This document shows positions 39,466 to 51,900 of a DNA stretch of 64,000 nt, piece by piece. This DNA comes from Fibrobacteria bacterium (GTDB taxonomy: Bacteria; Fibrobacterota; Chitinivibrionia; Chitinivibrionales; FEN-1185): contig JBBIGR010000018.1 of the NCBI GenBank assembly GCA_037447435.1, positions 1 through 64,000 on the forward strand, given 5' to 3'. Each line of letters starts with the position of its first letter. The stretch's first letter is position 1. Both the position numbers and the translations under genes were made by a program. The notes beneath the pieces were generated by a model. That model did no database searches. It was given only the letters and a program-made list of their open reading frames with translations, and had not been told where the DNA came from.

Positions 39466-41444
39466 GGGCCATCACTTTTTTGCATCCGCATTTTGTTTGG
39501 GCTCTTACGGCATGCCTGGTACCAATCGTTATTCATTTTTTGCAACGACATTCCAAAAAGCGTTTTCAATTTTCTACAATGCGCTTTTTTCCGGCAGGAG
39601 CAATGCGAACAAGCAAAATACGTTCAATAAAAAAGATCCTTTTATTATTAACTCGATGTGCAATTCTTGCCATTATCGTCTTTTTGTTTGCCGTTCCCTA
39701 TAACAGGGAAAACCTTTTTTCCAAAATAGCCGATCCTTCAACCGAACTATATGCCTATATCGATCCGACTATCAGTATGGAATACATTGACAACGGTGTC
39801 AGTTTACGGCAAAAAGCTTTTGCTGTTATGGACAGCTTGAATAAATATTGTTCCCAATTTGAAAAAAAATATCTGTTCGATGACATGCGCAACGAATTTG
39901 AACCTTTACAATCAGTCATAGGCAAACCTCACGGATCGTCACGCCACGGCGCGAGCAACGTAGAGGAAATGATGAATGTCTTTGAATCAAAGAAGCAAGG
40001 CACGAACGCGATTCGATATCTGGTTGTGTTATCCGATTTTCAAAAAAAAGAAAGCATGTTTTTTGATTCTTTATTCAGAGTTCGACAGGAAAACCCAGTG
40101 GCCCTGGTTTCCGTTGCGCCGGCAAACCCCTGGAACTACGGGCTTCGCAACGTTTGCATGAAAACCGGCGATGATGCAACCGTCGAAATGCAAGTATCCT
40201 GCTTTGGAAAAAGTCTTAAACAGGGGGCTGTAAACGCTTTTGTAAATGGGATGCGAGTCGGGCATTCGGATATCACGATGGAACCCGACAAAACAAACGA
40301 TGCAAAAATAAGCATAAAACGAAATCAAGAAGCCTTAACCGGAACGGTGCGGCTTGAAAACAAGGATCCGTTTCCCCTTGATAACATTGCGTATTTTGCG
40401 AAAGGCGTGTCCCGAAGTTCCCGTGTACTGATTGTAGGCGATCCTCAAAGGTCATTTCCATTACGGGCGGCTTTTAATGCAATGGGCACCAAACAATGGG
40501 CAGTGCATAACAAAAAAGAAACAGAAGTTTCTTATGGCGACATCGATTCCGTCGATGTGGTCGTATTGGCCGATATCCACGCTGTTTCCCAACCCCTGAC
40601 CATGCTTTTGCATGGGAAGGCGTTTGGTCCAAAAGCAATTTTGTTTTCTCCGGTCATAGATAGCGCCTATTCTTTTATCAATGCTTCAGTTCTTCCTGTT
40701 CATTTGAAAAAACCTCCCGCCATTTGTCTTGACGAGAAAACTCATCCGATTGTTTTCCCGGATACGTTATCCACTTTGTTTAAAGGGTTTGGTGCGCTTA
40801 AGGACCTCGATGCAGAAATAAGGGGCTATCTATTTCCATTGCCGGGGGAAGCTCTTGCGACATTGGACAACGGCAAAGCCCTCGTCTCGGGCCTTATCGA
40901 TTCGGTTGGAAATTCCTGGGTTTTATTCGGTACTTCGCTCTGCTTGCAGCCGCAAGGCGACGGATATATGAATAATCTAGTCGAAACAGGATTGTACGTG
41001 GCGATACTCGACCGCATGGCCCGTTTTGCGATCGCCTCCTTACGTATCGAAAATAAAAACCTTATTGCTGGAATACCTTTTGTAAACCCATATTTCGGGG
41101 ATAAGGGTGGAGCAAAGGTATATGATTATCAAAACAATCTGATCGACACTTGGCAGCGTCAAAAAATGGTTCTGATACGAGACCAAGGGTGTTACAAAAT
41201 AATGCCGTTGAAACAATCGCCGTATTGGGTTTGCACGGAAATCGATACTGCAGAACTTGATTTCGGCTATCGGAAACCGTCTATAGCAAATAGTAATAAG
41301 GCAATCGTTCGCTATATGAATTCGAAGGAGTTTATCGATTTTTCCACGAGCAAAAAAGACGCTAATTCCTTACTTTGGCTATGGGTTACCTTGGGGCTTT
41401 TATTATTGGCTGAAGTGTTTCTTTGGGAAAAAAGACCGTTTTAA
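39462..41444 (+). CDS. BatA N-terminal domain membrane protein
   Basis: FLHP..VWAL....VPIVIHFL...FSTMRFF...LLL..R; D.T.SM, LSDFQ, D.FPLDN; C-terminal TM; follows DUF58. Confidence 0.75.
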   Translation: MRAITFLHPHFVWALTACLVPIVIHFLQRHSKKRFQFSTMRFFPAGAMRTSKIRSIKKILLLLTRCAILAIIVFLFAVPYNRENLFSKIADPSTELYAYIDPTISMEYIDNGVSLRQKAFAVMDSLNKYCSQFEKKYLFDDMRNEFEPLQSVIGKPHGSSRHGASNVEEMMNVFESKKQGTNAIRYLVVLSDFQKKESMFFDSLFRVRQENPVALVSVAPANPWNYGLRNVCMKTGDDATVEMQVSCFGKSLKQGAVNAFVNGMRVGHSDITMEPDKTNDAKISIKRNQEALTGTVRLENKDPFPLDNIAYFAKGVSRSSRVLIVGDPQRSFPLRAAFNAMGTKQWAVHNKKETEVSYGDIDSVDVVVLADIHAVSQPLTMLLHGKAFGPKAILFSPVIDSAYSFINASVLPVHLKKPPAICLDEKTHPIVFPDTLSTLFKGFGALKDLDAEIRGYLFPLPGEALATLDNGKALVSGLIDSVGNSWVLFGTSLCLQPQGDGYMNNLVETGLYVAILDRMARFAIASLRIENKNLIAGIPFVNPYFGDKGGAKVYDYQNNLIDTWQRQKMVLIRDQGCYKIMPLKQSPYWVCTEIDTAELDFGYRKPSIANSNKAIVRYMNSKEFIDFSTSKKDANSLLWLWVTLGLLLLAEVFLWEKRPF

Positions 41445-41600
41445 CAACTAGATAAAAATTATTTGTATATGTTGCATAGATTTAATCACTGCTGCAACTA
41501 TCCAATTACGGAACAACGGAATAACAGATACATTAAAATAAAACCTATATTTTCCATTTTATTTGGGGTATAATAAAAGAATAGTATCCCGGGAGGAATA

Positions 41601-41966
41601 ATGAAAATCGACATCCACACAAATGGAGATTACCAGGTATTAAAAATTGAGGAAGATCTTCAGGTTATTTCGGATCTTTCGGAACTTAAATTCCTCGTGG
41701 AGGGATATCTGAAACGCGGAAGGCTTTATGTTGCAGTCGGATTTACAACTGCGTCCTATATTTACAGCGGGGCATTGGCGGTACTCATCGATTGCTATAA
41801 AAAAATAGTCAAAGAAGGCGGTGATTTGTGTATTATAGAACCAAATACTGAAATGCAGGGAATTTTTAATATTTTAAATATTGATAAAATTTTGCACATT
41901 TATCCGTCAGAAGACCAACTACCGGTAATAGCTGCGCCGAAACCGATAAAGCTGTCATCAGAATAA
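41601..41966 (+). CDS. STAS-domain (anti-anti-sigma-like) protein
   Basis: GGAGG RBS, TATAAT upstream; YIYSGALAVLI...K....GGDL.I, IF.IL.IDKI..IY.SE. Confidence 0.8.
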   Translation: MKIDIHTNGDYQVLKIEEDLQVISDLSELKFLVEGYLKRGRLYVAVGFTTASYIYSGALAVLIDCYKKIVKEGGDLCIIEPNTEMQGIFNILNIDKILHIYPSEDQLPVIAAPKPIKLSSE

Positions 41967-42184
41967 ATTTATGCCGAAAGAATATAGCATTATTCGAAAT
42001 TTGGCTGATTACGGTTTTTTCCACTAAGCAGAAGACCGCAATTTTGGCAAAGACCCTTGTTGCAACATTTGCCATACTTTGTCACGTATATTTTTTCCGA
42101 TTTCATAGGCCAAAAGTATTTTTGAAGGACACCGACTACAGTCGACCGGGATAGATAATTTTAACCAGATGAAAGAATTGATTG

Positions 42185-45100
42185 ATGGAAAAGCAATCCT
42201 ATAAGGAAATGTTGGCATCTCGCATTCCTATAATTTTTGACGGCGCAATGGGTACGCAAATATTGTTAAGAGGCGTTTCAAAAAATGACTTTCAGGGGCA
42301 TGACGGATGCAATGAAATCCTTAATAAAAGTCGGCCTGATGTGATTATGGACATTCACAAAGCGTATTTGTTTGCCGGTGCGAATGCGATTGAGACGAAT
42401 ACCTTCGGCGCGAATAGGATAAAACTTGCAGAATACGGCTTGGAAAATTCAGTAAATGAACTTAATATCCAGGCAGCATCCGTTGCCCGCAAAGCAATTG
42501 CCGAGGCTTCTTGCTCGCAGCCGTGTTTTGTTTGCGGGAGCATGGGGCCAACGGGAATTTTATTGTCTTCGCCGGCTCATCGAGGAACCCATGATTTTAA
42601 GGAAATCGCGAATGTTTTTGAAGGGCAGGCAAAAGCGCTCGCTACTGGAGGAGTTGATATTTTACTTTTAGAAACCTCTCAAGACTTGCTTGAAGTCCGC
42701 GCCGCAATAACGGGAATAAAGACTGCTTTACAATCCTTACATGTATCCATTCCATTGCAAGTGCAAATAACGCTTGATGCAAGCGGGCGCATGTTGCTCG
42801 GTTCGGATTTACCCGCATTTTTAGGCGCAGTAACGACGCTTGGATGCGATTGCATCGGTTTCAATTGCAGTACAGGTCCAAAAGAAATGCAAAAATGGAC
42901 CGAAGACTTGCTGGATAAAACCAGCATTCCGGTTGCAATGCTGCCGAATGCGGGAATGCCTAAAAACGTTGATGGAAAAGCAGTGTACGATATGGAACCT
43001 GCGGATTTTGCCGCCGTGCTGGAGCCGCTTGTTTGTGAAAAAGGGCTTTCGGTCGTCGGCGGATGCTGCGGAACCGGTCCCGAACATATCCGACAATTGA
43101 GCATAAAATTAGCCGGAAAAAAAGCCGCAATACGGCCCATCCGTAAAACTATGTTTTTGTCAACCGGCATTTCCGGCTTGGATTTGGAGAAAATTGCCAG
43201 GCCCGTCATCATCGGCGAACGACTTAATACCCAGGGGTCGAAAAAAACAAAGGAATTGGTTTTGGGAAAAAATTGGGAGGAAATGAACCACCTTGCCCAG
43301 GAACAAATTGCCAAGGGAAGCCACATTCTTGATATTTGCGTTGCCGTAACGGAGCGTGACGATGAAAGCCAATCAATGGCCGAATTGGTGTCGTTTTTGT
43401 CGGAAAGGGTATCGGTTCCGCTTTGCATCGATTCCACGGAGCCGTCGGTTTTTGAAACAGCTTTGAGGGCTTGTCCCGGTTCGGTTCTCATCAATTCGAT
43501 CAACCTTGAACAGGGCGGAAAAAAAGCGCGGACCATTTTGCCGTATGCAAATGAATTCGGCTGTCCCGTAATCGCATTGACTATTGACGACGAAGGAATG
43601 GCAAAGTCCGTTGCTAAAAAAATGGAAATCACAAAGCGAATCGTCGATTTAGCTTGTGGAGAATTCGGTTTGCCCGAGCATTTTGTGTATATCGATCCGC
43701 TGACTTTTACTTTGGCAACAGGCGACAGGGAAAGCGCGGATGCGGCGAAGCATAGTTTGGAAGCGCTCTTTAGGATCAAGGAAGAATTTCCGGGTATTCG
43801 TACCGCCATGGGTGTAAGTAACGTGTCGTACGGATTAAAACCGGCTTCGAGGAGGATACTAAACAATCTTATGCTGCATCATGCCGTTGAAGCGGGGCTT
43901 GACGCGGCGATATTTAATCCTTTGCATTTAGATACGGTCGATGCCTATGACCCAATATTACGAACTTTGGCAGAAGATCTATTATTTAATCGCAACAACA
44001 CCGCATTGACAAAGTTTATTACTGCTTTTGACGAATCAAAACCGTGCGGATCTTCCAAGTCGATAATTTCCGGCGCAACGAAAATATCACCATCCCTCAT
44101 GCTGCACAATAATGTCGTCAATCGCGATAAACGCGACCTGAAAATCAACGTTGAGACCCTTTTGAAGGAAATGAACCCCCAAGCAATCCTTAATGAAATT
44201 TTGCTTCCTGCCATGGCTCTTGTTGGAGACAAAATGAACAAAGGGGAAATGATATTACCCTTTGTTTTGCAAGCTGCGGAAGTCATGAAAGAAGCGATTG
44301 CTGTGCTTGAACCGTATTTGGCGGGACAGAACAGCACCGTCCGCGGGAAAATCGTGTTGGCAACGGTTTACGGCGATGTCCATGACATAGGAAAAAACCT
44401 GGTTGCTTCGATTTTAAAGAACCAAGGATATGACATCGTCGATTGCGGCAAACAAGTCCCATTGGAAACAATCGTTCAGACAATCAAAAAAGAAAATCCT
44501 GATGCCGTAGGGCTATCGGCTCTGCTTGTTGCGACAAGCAAGGAAATGGGCCGGTTGGTCGCGGAGCTTGATAAACAGAATATTGATGTGCCCGTTCTTA
44601 TCGGCGGCGCTGCAGTGAACAATGATTTTGCTGCACGGATAGAAAAAATCGACGACGCTCATTCCTATAAACCGGGAGTGTTTTTTGCCAAAGATGCGTT
44701 CGAGGCAATAAAGGTATTGGATTCGCTAAAAGCAAAAAAAGAGCGTGACCGAAACCAAACCGCTAAAAGCCCCGTCGCAGAGCCCCGGCTGGATGATTTG
44801 GAGGCGTTTCCTATAGACAGAGCTGAAATAATTACTCCGCAATTTTACGGTACGAGTCAGGTTCTGCGGTGGGAAACATCCGCGCTTTTGGAAAGCATTG
44901 ATACCAACAGATTGTTTAAAGGCCATTTCGGCGGCGGCAAGCTTGATGATAAAGTTTTTAGCGAAAGTGTTGAGAACGATTTCATGCCTGTTTTCAATCT
45001 GCTCAAAAAGGAGATACTATCGGAAAACCTTGTCGATGCTTCCGGATTGTACGGGATATTTCCGGTATTTACACATGACTTAAAACTTGTAATTCTTGAT

Positions 45101-45565
45101 TGTAATGATTTTCACACGGAATTGGCGGAATTCTCGATGCCTCGTGTGGAAAGAAAGAACAACCGGTCTGTTGCCGACTATTTCAGGGATGACGGCGACG
45201 TAGTCGGGATGCAAATAGTTACCATCGGGAAAGAAATAAGCAACCGATGTGAACGCTATTTTACGGAACAGGACAAGTACAGCATGGGCTTTTATTTAAA
45301 TGCGATTGCGAATTATTTGACAGAGCTTCTTGCCAACAAGGTAACGACAGAAATAAAACGGGCTCTTTTTATTCAAGGCGACAGAGGCAGGCGTTATAGC
45401 TTCGGATATCCCGGCATGCCTGGTGTCGAAGATCATACGAAATTATTTGATTTGTTGGGAGTGGAAGAACGCCTGGGTATAACTCTAACCTCCGCTTTTC
45501 AAATGGTTCCCGAACATTCCACTGCTGCAATTTTTGTTCATCACCCTAAAGCCGAGTATATGTGA
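42185..45565 (+). CDS. metH: Cobalamin-dependent methionine synthase
   Basis: DGAMGT, ETNTFG, FNCSTGP, GGCCGT (Hcy/Zn); IGERLN (pterin); GDVHDIGKNLV (B12); RYSFGYP (activation). Confidence 0.95.
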   Translation: MEKQSYKEMLASRIPIIFDGAMGTQILLRGVSKNDFQGHDGCNEILNKSRPDVIMDIHKAYLFAGANAIETNTFGANRIKLAEYGLENSVNELNIQAASVARKAIAEASCSQPCFVCGSMGPTGILLSSPAHRGTHDFKEIANVFEGQAKALATGGVDILLLETSQDLLEVRAAITGIKTALQSLHVSIPLQVQITLDASGRMLLGSDLPAFLGAVTTLGCDCIGFNCSTGPKEMQKWTEDLLDKTSIPVAMLPNAGMPKNVDGKAVYDMEPADFAAVLEPLVCEKGLSVVGGCCGTGPEHIRQLSIKLAGKKAAIRPIRKTMFLSTGISGLDLEKIARPVIIGERLNTQGSKKTKELVLGKNWEEMNHLAQEQIAKGSHILDICVAVTERDDESQSMAELVSFLSERVSVPLCIDSTEPSVFETALRACPGSVLINSINLEQGGKKARTILPYANEFGCPVIALTIDDEGMAKSVAKKMEITKRIVDLACGEFGLPEHFVYIDPLTFTLATGDRESADAAKHSLEALFRIKEEFPGIRTAMGVSNVSYGLKPASRRILNNLMLHHAVEAGLDAAIFNPLHLDTVDAYDPILRTLAEDLLFNRNNTALTKFITAFDESKPCGSSKSIISGATKISPSLMLHNNVVNRDKRDLKINVETLLKEMNPQAILNEILLPAMALVGDKMNKGEMILPFVLQAAEVMKEAIAVLEPYLAGQNSTVRGKIVLATVYGDVHDIGKNLVASILKNQGYDIVDCGKQVPLETIVQTIKKENPDAVGLSALLVATSKEMGRLVAELDKQNIDVPVLIGGAAVNNDFAARIEKIDDAHSYKPGVFFAKDAFEAIKVLDSLKAKKERDRNQTAKSPVAEPRLDDLEAFPIDRAEIITPQFYGTSQVLRWETSALLESIDTNRLFKGHFGGGKLDDKVFSESVENDFMPVFNLLKKEILSENLVDASGLYGIFPVFTHDLKLVILDCNDFHTELAEFSMPRVERKNNRSVADYFRDDGDVVGMQIVTIGKEISNRCERYFTEQDKYSMGFYLNAIANYLTELLANKVTTEIKRALFIQGDRGRRYSFGYPGMPGVEDHTKLFDLLGVEERLGITLTSAFQMVPEHSTAAIFVHHPKAEYM

Positions 45566-45950
45566 GTACCTGTTTGGAAAAATAACGTTTTTGTTAGGAT
45601 GGGGCACGCTTCGTCTCTACTTTGTAATTCTACCTTATATTTTGTAAAGATCCAAGATCCTCAAGATGGTCATAAAATGTCGGCTCTTCCAGGGCAGGAG
45701 TTTCCCCACTCATTAGCACACCACGCTAGTTAATCGATTAAATAGAATTAGTTGACTATATCTCGTCTTTCAGGTAGAATAAGAAAGCCTGTTTATAATT
45801 CTTTATACTATTGGATTGTTGGATTTTAAAGTTGTGAATATGTGATTATGATCACGGTCTGGATTGTTTAATGGGTGTATAGTTAAGAAGAGTAAGACCA
45901 AAAATAAGGGCTATTGTTTGGATTGGCACTATTGCACGTAGGAGCGCTTC

Positions 45951-48900
45951 ATGAAGAATATAAAAAACATTTTTATTTTAGCTGCTGGTTTTTTGGCAGT
46001 AATGACTTTACATACCAATACTTTTTGTGCGACAATTACATGGATTTCGTCGAGCGGGGGTAAATGGAACAATACAGCAAATTGGAGCCCGACCGTAATA
46101 CCTTCCTCGGCAGATACAGCGCTTTTCAGCACGTCTTCCGGCGCCTGCACGCTTGACGTGTACATGTCAGTTAATTCGATACAGTTTACAAATTCGTATT
46201 CCGGTAATTTTTATTTCAATCACAATAAATTAACGATTTCAGGTATGGCGGATTTTCGCAATGGATCGGGCCATATAATTTCTGCAGGAAATGATACTTT
46301 GGAATTAACTGGCAATATGCCGAAAACGATTTTTCCGACATCCAACCACGATACATTGCCGAATCTTCTTTTGACTCCTGCAAGCATATCAACAGCTATA
46401 GGGGGCAGCAACGATACGCTTTTTGTTTCGTCGTTGCGTTTTGCGACAAACGGAGATTTTACCATGACTGCCAACCAAGGAGTATGTGTGAGAGGAGACA
46501 TTATCCTCAATGCAGGCAATTTATATGCATTACCGGGAAATTTGGATGTTTTGGGAAATGTTGTAATTCAAGGTGGTACTTTAACTGCGCCTGCATCAAC
46601 CATGCATGTCTGTGGTTCATGGAGCCACACTACAGGGGCGTTTGTTCACTCTTCAGGCACGGTTGTGTTCAATGCTGGTGCAATCGGCGGTGGTACAATT
46701 ACCGAAAGCGCGCCATTTTCGAACGTGAATTTTAATAGCCCGGGAAATAAGACTTGGACCGTCACGAGTGCACCAATCAAACTTATTGGTGCTTTGATTA
46801 TGAATAACGGAACATTAAACCTTGGGACAGGAATGATTGACAGTGCAGCAAGCTTGAATTGCGGAGGTGGAACACTTGATTTTAATTCATCGACACTGCG
46901 TCTTCCAACGCCGTCGATTGATTTTAGTTCCATTGGTAATATTATACCTGGAAACGGCAAATTGGAATTAGTGGGAATGTCAAGCATAAATTTTAAGCCA
47001 AAACCCAACTTGCTTTTTCCTGAGATAGTGCAGAATTTTGGCGGAACAACAATGCTTAATGGTACGCTTTCGGCGAAAGGAATTACTGTAAAGAACGGAA
47101 CCTTTAGCTTTAATAACACGCATTCCGGGGATAATATCGGGTTTTTAACCGGTACAGGCGGTACTGTAGATTTTAACAATGACTCAATTAACGTAAGTGA
47201 CACTGTAAATTTATTTTACGTAAATAGCACAATGAGCGGATTTGGCATATTAAAATTTGTCAATAACTTACCGGCAAATTACGTTCCACCGCATTTCTGG
47301 CCTAATCCGATTCTTATAAAATCGGGCACCGGGACAACCACGGTTAGGCAAAACAATATAAAAGGACAGAAGCTGAGAATCGAATCGGGTATTTTCTCAT
47401 TGGGGGCTTTAACGGCAGGCGTTAACGATTCCCTGGATACGCTGGAAACGGCCGGCGGCGGCATGGATTTTGGGAATTGCACTCTATCGGTCAGGTTTTC
47501 GAACGTCGACTTGTCTCCTCTTACGACATTGACTCCGGGAACGGGCGCACTTAAATTTACAAGCTCGTCGCTACAGTCGTTTTGGCCGTCAATATCATAC
47601 GTCAACCCAATTGTCAAGCATTCGGGAACGGGCGCACTTAAATTGATGAACGCGCTTACGGCAAACGGGTTTGAGCAACCGCAAGGTGCGTATCAGTTTA
47701 ATTTGAACGGAAATAACGTAACGATTGTTAATAACGGAAACTTCTTCGTCAACAGTTATTCGGGCCCCAATATGATTTCCGGGCTTGCGGGACGCACCAT
47801 TTCCGTGGCCGGCAATGTGACCGTTACCGGTCTGCCGCCGAGTACCACGGTCGATATGAGTGCCGGTTCAACATGGACACTCAACGCAGGAGGACAGGTC
47901 CTGTTTGATTGTGTCAATTTTGATCATTGCGATGCGATCGGCAGCCCGGGCGTGGCAACCAACTCCGCGAACAACGGCGGCAACATTAACTGGACGTTTG
48001 TCAAGCAATGGATCTCTGGCGGCACTCACAATTGGGGAGACGCCCCCAACTGGAGCCCGACGGGCGTACCGACTGCGACGGATTCCGTAGTGTTGTCGAG
48101 CAGTTGGGATTGCATTCTGTCGATGCCAAACGTAACCGTCAAGGCCATTTCGTTCCCCGGATACACCGGTATCTTCAGTTTCCTAACGGACACCTTGTGT
48201 GTGACAGGCAGGGCCGATTTTGGGGGCGCCGCAAATGTAGCTTCGGGGACCGGCGCACTTAAGCTTGTAGGGAACGGTCCGCAGGTATTCACTCCGTCAT
48301 ACCAGAGTTTTTTGTGGACAATCGTGAAAGAAGGAACAGGGGTTTGCAGTTTAAGCACCGCCCTAAAAGCGCATAATCTCTACGTTAAATCAGGTGCTAT
48401 AAAACTGGCTGGCGGCGGTCCGGCAGATTCTCTCGTCGACGAAACCAATATAAGCGGCGGAACGCTTGATCTTGGAGGTAAGAGAGTTTTCACAAAGTCA
48501 CTGATGACTACCGGAGGAACGCTCCTGGCGACAAGCGATACGCTGACCATTGCCGGCTCGGCAAATTTCACGGGGCTCACTCCCTTTAACCCAACGCAAG
48601 GAACCATCGTCATTAAGGCAATGCCGCCGTTTGCCTCATCGGTGACATCCGGGAGCACGACGTTCAACAATTTAGTCCTGTGGACCGATGGGGCGGACGG
48701 GTATCTTGACACAATCAAAATGATGTCCGGTATCCTCGCGGTCAACAACGATCTCGTTTTCAGAAGGACTAAAACGGTATCAACTCCGGGAAAGTCTGTG
48801 TGGCGATTCGATATCAACAATACGGGTGTCTCAATAACGGGAAATGTCTTTACCGAAGAAACACCTGGAGTAAACCCGATATCATCAAATCCGAGTCTGT

Positions 48901-51900
48901 TCATGGGTTCCAACAACTGGACGTTTGAGAAATATGCGATATTGCCCATCGGTAATGGGGATTCGAAATCGGCGAGTTTGGTTTTTTCCGGCGCTCCCGG
49001 AACCGTTCAAAATTTCTTCGCAGGGATAACGAATCCTTTGGATTCTCTTGGAACGGTTACTCACGCTTCAAACGATACTCTAAAGCTTTTAAGCCCTTTA
49101 CCCTGTCAATCGTTTACCCAAACAGCCGGAACATTTGATTTTAATGGATTCAATTTGGCCGTCACCAATAATTTGAACATTTCAAGCGGCACTTATTCAT
49201 CCTTGAAAAATTTGGATAGCCGGACCATTACTGTTGGGGGTACCGCCAGTTTTAACGGCCAACCCGGAAACTTGATTAATTTGAGTCCGCTTTCCTCATG
49301 GTACATTTATTTGAATGGCGGTTCGCTCAATGCGTCGTATGCGCAAATTGGCAATGCGTACGCATATGGGGCAATGGGTGGAAACGGGTATGCAACAAAT
49401 AGTAGGAAAACAGCATACACCATGGGATGGAAAATCCCGGGAATGACACTAACCTGGAACGGCTCCGTAAATACAAATTTCAGAACAGCAGGTAACTGGT
49501 CGCCTGCATATGCTCCCTCGGATAGTGATGATGTCATATTTAATTCCGGTTCAGTAAATTGCATACTCGATACCAGCATAGGGGTGAATAACATTACTTT
49601 CGCACCCGGATATTCTGGGACATTTGATTTTAGAAATTTTACCCTCACCGTTTCCGGTAATGCAGACTTCAGTAATGTCGGTGGAATAGGTAATTCGGGA
49701 GGAACTTTAAAATTTTATAGCTCAATAAACGGAAAGAAATATTTCATTCCAAGAGCAGGGATTCTATTTCCTAATATTTACCAGTCGGGTGTCGGCGGGG
49801 GCGGCGATACCGTCGTCGTTATGGCCAATCCTCTTAAAGCAGGCAGATTTTATAAACAGTATGGAACCTGGGATTGGGGAAATTTCGGCGCAAAGCATAG
49901 CGTACAAAGCCTTATAAACGATATGTCGGGCGAAATTGATTTTGGAAATTGTACTCTGCAAGTATATGATTCTTTAAAAATTACAAGTACGGTAAAACAC
50001 AATTTCGGGTCTGCAATAGAATTGTTGAAATCCTCCGGAGATCAAAGAATTGAAGTTTGGAATATGGATACTTTGCCCGGAATAATCCACAATGCAACGG
50101 GAAATATCTTGTTGGGCAACAATCTTCGTTGTCAATCATTTTCCAATAACCTTGGTACGATAGCCTCGAACGGGTTTAATATTTCCACGGTAAACGATTG
50201 CATCTTCGCGGGTGGCAATTCCCTATTGCAGGATTTATCGGGACGCCGTTTTTACTGCGGCGGTAACATGACATTTTTGGGAAAATCCAACGATAGCATA
50301 GTTGTAAACGCAACAACCGTAAGCTGTACTCTCACGGTTTTGGGAACCCTGCAGGCAAATTTTGCGAAAATCGGCAGGTCTATCGTTATTGGCACTAAAG
50401 GATATGCGGCAAACTGCATGAATCTGGGTAACGATTCGAATTGGCTGTTTCTTCCGAGGGGTTTAAAACTATGGAAAGGTGATGGGGCAGATCAAAACTG
50501 GTCTACGGTAAGCAATTGGATACCTCCGACTTTGCCCGCCGGTAACGACAGCGTCGTGTTCAATAATACGACTTCAAAAAACTGTTTCCTCGATACTTCG
50601 GCCACCGTTAAAAAATTGACTTTTGCAACAGGGTATTCCGGAATGTTCGGGTTTGGATCGTCGACGCTCGCGTTGTCGGGAAATGCGGATTTCGGTAATT
50701 GCATGAATGTGGATCCCGGAAGCGGCACGCTGTTGTTTTCCGGCAGCGAACCAGCGGTTTTAACTCCGCCTCCCATGGCTCAGTTACCCTCAATCGTACG
50801 GGGAAGCGGTATGGGAACTTTGACAATAAATAAAAATCCTCTGAATGCACAATCAATCAACGTTTCTGCCGGGGTTTTCTTTTTCGGCAGCGGCCTGTCT
50901 CATTCGGTCGGGTCGATACAGGGACTCGGCGGTTCGACCATTGATTTTGGAACAAATACGACTGTCGCGGTAAAAGGAGACGTCAATTTGTCGGGAATGA
51001 ACATCGTTTCAGACCAAAGCGATACCCTCCAATTTGCAGGGTATCTTGGGCAAGTGTATACCGCTCCGTCAATGGCGACAAATTATACCATGGTAATCGA
51101 AAAGAACGACACGCTGACCCTTGGATCGCCGAATTTGCAAGTAAATGATTTGGTGTTGTATGCCGGAACACTGAAACTCGGGAATTCGCATTCGCACACC
51201 GTGAATAATCTCATAGGATACGGCGGTGTACTTGACTTTGGATCATCGACACTGTCGGTACGCGGCAATGCGGATTTTTCGGGGCTCCAGGATGTTGTCG
51301 CAGGAAGTGGAATATTGTTATTGAACAGCGCTACGGTGAATCAAACCTTAATACCCCAATTTCCCGATACGTTGCCGTTTGTACGCCACCCGGGACCAAT
51401 GGCGCTTGAAATTACCAATAATCCGCTTACCTGCACTTCTTTCCTGCAAAACGGAGGACAGCTTTTTATAAACGGATTCGATATCACGACGGTTTCGGAT
51501 TTTACAATTTCAAATGCAACAGTCACGACGATGTCGGGACTTGCAAACCGAACCCTTTCCGTGGGCGGAAATGCAAATTTAAGCGGAACTCCGGGAAGTC
51601 CGATCATTCTTTTTCCTGAATCGCCTTGGAAGCTTTCTGTGCAAAAAGCAACTACCATTGTCGATGCAGTGATAGGAAAATGCGATGCGTCGGCATGTGG
51701 TTTCTGGCCGGTCCTTGCTTCATGCATCGATTCAGGATATAATCAGAAATTTGACTTTGTTAAGCCGCAGGCCGTAATCATACGACCGGTCTCCGGGAGT
51801 TTGCGTAACAGTCTTCCGTACATTACGGGTACCGCAACGGATTCGGTTTCGGGAATTGCAACGGTTCAAGTATCGCTGATGCGTTCGGATAATCAGTTCT

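Noticed and set aside
1081..41479. Shared 10-mer TGTTGCATAG upstream of the FecR-barrel and STAS genes
   Set aside because: One 10-mer match among several kb of AT-rich intergenic DNA is expected by chance
41967..42184. SAM or cobalamin riboswitch upstream of metH
   Set aside because: No recognisable conserved cores; only a short TGGCAAA/TTTGCCA inverted repeat
42679..43866. 395-aa antisense ORF (also 4537-5379, 9956-10570, 55605-56387)
   Set aside because: These shadow well-supported genes on the opposite strand and show no recognisable motifs
45601..45620. GTAG-type REP element (CGTCTCTAC half)
   Set aside because: Single half-palindrome with no second copy or RAYT gene seen
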